From IMG/VR virus record IMGVR_UViG_3300011339_000243: a DNA stretch of 35,319 nt. One strand, written 5' to 3'. Source of the stretch: a virus. Both the position numbers and the translations under genes were made by a program. The notes under the pieces were generated by a model that was not told the origin of the DNA, did not search any database, and was given only the letters and a program-made list of their open reading frames with translations. Of the stretch, positions 32,546 through 35,319 are shown one piece after another; the first letter of the stretch is position 1, and each line of letters opens with the position of its first letter.

Positions 32546-33158
32546 AGTTACTCAGCAATCGCCAGAATGGTTTGCACAGCGTTGTGGCAAAGCTACAGCA
32601 TCCAGAATCTCTGACATTGTTGCTAAGACAAAGACAGGCTACAGCACTAGCAGAGCTAACTACATGGCTCAGTTGGTAGTTGAGCGCATGACAAACCAAG
32701 TAGCAGAGTCATACACCAATGCGGCTATGGAATGGGGTACAGAGAATGAACCCTTTGCTCGTGCCGCATACGAGGCTAAAACAGGCAATATGGTCGATCA
32801 GGTAGGTGCTATCGACCACCCAAGGATTGCCATGTCTGCTGCCTCTCCTGATGGCCTTGTGGGTGACGATGGATGCTTAGAAATCAAGTGTCCTAACACC
32901 GCCACACACATTGAAACCATCCTGGGTGATGAGCCAGCAAAGAAGTATTACGACCAGATGCAGTGGCAAATGACGTGTACGAACAGAAGTTGGTGCGATT
33001 TTGTGAGTTTTGACCCACGAATGCCAGCGCATTTACAACTGTTTGTCAAAAGAATCGAGCGCAATGACGAATACATTGAACAACTCGAAAAAGAGGTAGT
33101 CCAGTTCTTAATGGAAGTGGAAGACAAAGTTAAAAAACTCAATGAAATTAAGGTGTAA
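32529..33158 (+). CDS. YqaJ/lambda-Exo-like recombination exonuclease (209 aa from the ATG at 32529)
   Basis: [22 protein letters not shown]..., ...MEWGTENEP..., ...SPDGLV...LEIKCP pattern of the YqaJ viral recombinase family. The upstream part of the track ORF overlaps the HNH gene in another frame. Confidence 0.8.
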   Translation: MDNLPEVTQQSPEWFAQRCGKATASRISDIVAKTKTGYSTSRANYMAQLVVERMTNQVAESYTNAAMEWGTENEPFARAAYEAKTGNMVDQVGAIDHPRIAMSAASPDGLVGDDGCLEIKCPNTATHIETILGDEPAKKYYDQMQWQMTCTNRSWCDFVSFDPRMPAHLQLFVKRIERNDEYIEQLEKEVVQFLMEVEDKVKKLNEIKV

Positions 33159-33160
33159 AT

Positions 33161-33409
33161 ATGGAACAGCGTGATAACTCAGGTGTGTTGTTTAAAAACG
33201 ACAAGAAAGAAAAAGACAATCACCCAGACTATAAAGGCAACATCCGTGTTGCTGGTCAGGAATTCTGGCTTTCAGCATGGATTAAAGAGGGCAAGAACGG
33301 CAAGTTCATGGGACTAGCAGTCAGTCCTAAAGAAGAACAAGCAGCACCAACAGCCAAGGTCAGACCTAAAGCTGGTTTTGATGACTTGGAATCGGACTTG
33401 CCTTTTTGA
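33161..33409 (+). CDS. Miniature SSB-like protein with acidic C-terminal tip (82 aa)
   Basis: The C-terminus [10 protein letters not shown] mimics the bacterial SSB tip (DDDIPF). The N-terminal [21 protein letters not shown]...[17 protein letters not shown] resembles DUF736-type small OB-like proteins. Confidence 0.6.
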   Translation: MEQRDNSGVLFKNDKKEKDNHPDYKGNIRVAGQEFWLSAWIKEGKNGKFMGLAVSPKEEQAAPTAKVRPKAGFDDLESDLPF

Positions 33410-33465
33410 TGTAACTTAATGGGGAAAGCGTAAGTGAGTACCCACTAACTTTGATAGGAGTTAAT

Positions 33466-33762
33466 ATGACTTTAAGTTTTGTAGAGCGTAAGCAAATATG
33501 GTGGGATTGGCATAAAGAAAACCCACAAGTGTGGCAATACTTTGAAAAGTTTGCCTTAGAAGCAGTTGCCAATGGACATAAAAAGGTCAGTCATTGGCTG
33601 ATAATCAACAGAATCAGATGGGAAGTCACTATAGTCACTACTGGTTCAGACTTCAAGATCAGTAACGATTACATTGCTTTCTATGCTCGACTCTGGCAAG
33701 CAAAATATCCTGAATACAAGAACTTGTTTAACACTAAACAGATGATCGGAGAACCAAGATGA
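33466..33762 (+). CDS. Hypothetical protein (98 aa from the ATG at 33466)
   Basis: RBS AGGAG lies 6 nt upstream of the ATG. The Trp-rich motif WWDWHKENPQVWQYF...INRIRWE has no assigned function. Confidence 0.6.
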   Translation: MTLSFVERKQIWWDWHKENPQVWQYFEKFALEAVANGHKKVSHWLIINRIRWEVTIVTTGSDFKISNDYIAFYARLWQAKYPEYKNLFNTKQMIGEPR

Positions 33763-33801
33763 TTGCAAATATCTTTTCCTTGATTTTACTTTTGGCTTTT
33801 G

Positions 33802-33848
33802 GTGGAGGAATACTCATACTTGGAGTATGGATTTGCCTCCACTTCTTT
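33802..33848 (+). terminator. Bipartite hairpin plus T-rich tail terminating the early-right operon
   Basis: GTGGAGG-A-ATACTC-atacttg-GAGTAT-ggatttg-CCTCCAC then TTCTTT, ending 6 nt before the convergent endolysin stop. Confidence 0.55.
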
Positions 33849-33853
33849 GACGA

Positions 33854-34318
33854 TTAGGCGTGTAGACCATTCAAATACTGAGTCTTTCCCGCAACCTTGA
33901 CAGCAGTCAATTCTTGATTCTTCAGGTTGTTGGGGTCATAAGAAACATGAACCCATCCACTATCAGGTACGCCTTGTGTGTAAAACTCTAAGATCAACTG
34001 TGTGTAGTCAAGGTTATCCATGATCCACTGTGCAAGGTCAGCATTAGCAATACCAGCAATCTCAATATCAGCAGCCTGACCCTTGCAATGGTCTGATGTT
34101 TTAGACCCACCAACAGCCGCATTACTTTCAGGACTACGATAGGCAGAGTTCACGGTAACAGACTTGCCGAAGTGTTCTCTAACAGGCTGTAAGACGTTCT
34201 CACACAATGCTTTGAGGTTCTCAATAGTTGTTTCATCAGGCGTGTTGTCCAGACCCAAACGAGTGGCAGTGTCTGACTTGGTAAGTTCTTTTAGGGTGAA
34301 GTTGGCAGATAAGTTCAT
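33854..34318 (-). CDS. Endolysin, peptidase M15 family (L-alanyl-D-glutamate / D-Ala-D-Ala peptidase type), 154 aa
   Basis: Zinc-ligand pattern SAYRSPESNAAVGGSKTSDHCKGQAADIEI ... WVHVSY (H-x6-D ... H) of Peptidase_M15_3-type lysins. It is the last gene of the lysis cassette. Confidence 0.8.
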   Translation of the reverse strand: MNLSANFTLKELTKSDTATRLGLDNTPDETTIENLKALCENVLQPVREHFGKSVTVNSAYRSPESNAAVGGSKTSDHCKGQAADIEIAGIANADLAQWIMDNLDYTQLILEFYTQGVPDSGWVHVSYDPNNLKNQELTAVKVAGKTQYLNGLHA

Positions 34319-34800
34319 GGTTTGACTTTCAAGGTTTGGAGGGCTTCGTTGTAGAGGGAGACACAGGTTGCAAGTTTTCTGATGGCGGCATCTCCTTCGT
34401 CTGTGATGGCGATAAGAGCTTTAGAAGTCTCTGGGTCAAGTTCGGCTGATGCACTTCCTGAGTTATCTCCGCTGGTAACTGGGGCATCTGAGGAGGTATG
34501 TACGGCGCACTCTGAGGCTTTGACAGCGACCCGCAACTTGAGAGAACCACTGTCAATATCACTATTGCGCTTTTGCTGTAAAAGTTTAGCATTTTGATTG
34601 GCTTTCATCAGTTGGTTAGATTGGGTATTTACAGCAGAAACTAGTGCCTGTTCCTTTTGTCGAGCATCTGCATTCAGAGCAGCAATCTGAAGCTGTTGTT
34701 TAGTAAACTCATCGTGTTTACCCTTAGAGTATCCACCGCCAAAGGCAGAACCAATGGCGATCAATATACCCAAGATTACCCAAGGATTAAACAGACTCAT
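34315..34800 (-). CDS. i-spanin (Rz-like), 161 aa
   Basis: N-terminal TM WVILGILIAIGSAFGGG and a periplasmic coiled coil. It contains an embedded lipoprotein ORF in another frame and is ATGA-coupled on both sides. Confidence 0.75.
   Translation of the reverse strand: MSLFNPWVILGILIAIGSAFGGGYSKGKHDEFTKQQLQIAALNADARQKEQALVSAVNTQSNQLMKANQNAKLLQQKRNSDIDSGSLKLRVAVKASECAVHTSSDAPVTSGDNSGSASAELDPETSKALIAITDEGDAAIRKLATCVSLYNEALQTLKVKP
34329..34592 (-). CDS. o-spanin (Rz1-like) lipoprotein embedded in the Rz-like gene, 87 aa
   Basis: Signal peptide with lipobox VVLSS|C followed by a Pro-rich mature region (PQSAPYIPPQMPQLP...). It lies wholly inside 34315..34800 in a different frame. Confidence 0.7.
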   Translation of the reverse strand: MLNFYSKSAIVILTVVLSSCGSLSKPQSAPYIPPQMPQLPAEITQEVHQPNLTQRLLKLLSPSQTKEMPPSENLQPVSPSTTKPSKP

Positions 34801-35120
34801 GGCTTAGGCGGTTCATCATTGTCAACAACTTCAGCCTTTGATGTGGCAGTAGCTATTGCTTTGACACCAGAACGACCAGCAACACCACCCAAAACACCAG
34901 TAATAAACACCATGATGGTATTGATCTGCTGCGTGTAAATCTTGTCAATTGCTGCCATGCCTGACATTGGCTGAGTTACAAAACTGACGCTGTAGAGGAA
35001 CATTGCCACTGATCCAAGAAGAATCAGGGTCAAGGAAAAGATTACGATTGCCCAAATTCTGACTTCAATTTCATCAGAAGTCATGCGAGTATTTTTGTTC
35101 ATCACGATTGTTGGCATCAC
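34797..35120 (-). CDS. Putative holin (107 aa, two TM segments, multiple N-terminal Met)
   Basis: TM1 IWAIVIFSLTLILLGSVAMFLY, TM2 INTIMVFITGVLGGVAG and a charged C-tail. MMPTIVM...M offers dual starts. It sits directly upstream of the spanins. Confidence 0.65.
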   Translation of the reverse strand: MMPTIVMNKNTRMTSDEIEVRIWAIVIFSLTLILLGSVAMFLYSVSFVTQPMSGMAAIDKIYTQQINTIMVFITGVLGGVAGRSGVKAIATATSKAEVVDNDEPPKP

Positions 35121-35302
35121 TTTTTCTCCGGTTCAGGTTTAACTAACATTTCTGGACAAGTAGCTGTAGCAGTACAAATAGGGGGTTTGCACTCAGCATT
35201 CTGCCAATTTTGAGGGTCTTGGCAAGGATAGCGAAATCTATCTTCACAGCCTGTTAGCAGCACCAACAGGATTGACAGACCCCAAATACAGTAGATATTC
35301 AT
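35117..35302 (-). CDS. Small Cys-rich outer-membrane-type lipoprotein (61 aa)
   Basis: Signal peptide with lipobox LLTG|C. The mature 42 aa carry 4 further Cys and are Pro-rich. ATGA-coupled to the holin gene. The 5' 110 nt are duplicated at 1-110. Confidence 0.7.
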   Translation of the reverse strand: MNIYCIWGLSILLVLLTGCEDRFRYPCQDPQNWQNAECKPPICTATATCPEMLVKPEPEKK

Positions 35303-35319
35303 TTATCTTTCTCCCTTTC
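35193..35319. repeat. Second copy of the 127-bp terminal duplication
   Basis: Identical to 1-127. Confidence 0.95.

Noticed and set aside
1-35319. CRISPR array, diversity-generating retroelement, retron, integrase/attP
   Set aside because: There is no regularly spaced repeat-spacer array; the repeats found are 2-6 copies of short motifs. I recognised no reverse-transcriptase, Cas or integrase-like ORF in any frame.

Overview
The window is a complete, circularly closed dsDNA tailed-phage genome. Bases 1-127 are repeated exactly at 35193-35319, so the unique length is about 35,192 bp. The gene set looks podovirus-like: I recognised no tape-measure or tail-tube gene. Layout: (i) A long minus-strand late operon runs 21891->107 and continues across the junction to 35302->33854. 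It encodes small terminase, an endonuclease-VII/HNH protein, large terminase, an AT-rich orphan, portal, a collagen-repeat tail fibre with an S74 chaperone domain, small proteins, scaffold, an HK97-like major capsid protein, a decoration protein and a run of small very basic proteins. These are followed by adaptor/tail proteins, a second fibre, an embedded GNAT acetyltransferase, three large Gln/Ala/Gly-rich internal-virion-type proteins and a lysis cassette. The lysis cassette holds membrane proteins, a Cys-rich lipoprotein, a holin, Rz with embedded Rz1, and an M15 endolysin. (ii) A 1.09-kb ORF-free, repeat- and hairpin-dense divergent region lies at 21892-22981. (iii) A plus-strand early-left module of small genes (22982-25442) opens with a SprT-like metalloprotease and is punctuated by the palindrome GTTTAAAC. 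(iv) A minus-strand replication/regulation module (28101->25643) encodes a ribbon-helix-helix-like protein, a DUF1376-type protein, a lambda-P-like protein and a RuvC-like resolvase. (v) A plus-strand early-right operon (28234-33762) carries many small ORFs plus a recombination module: a Sak/Rad52-like annealase, an HNH-AP2 homing endonuclease, a YqaJ-like exonuclease and a mini SSB-like protein. I recognised no integrase, DNA or RNA polymerase, tRNA, CRISPR array or reverse transcriptase. The best leads are the large non-coding tract (candidate structured RNA and/or cos-pac/ori), Fur-box-like palindromes inside it, the roughly 10-fold over-represented GTTTAAAC motif at early-gene junctions, a heptamer array inside the DUF1376 gene, and morons in the virion operon (the GNAT and the AT-rich orphan). 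All functional calls rest on motifs recognised by eye and on synteny. No database search was run.
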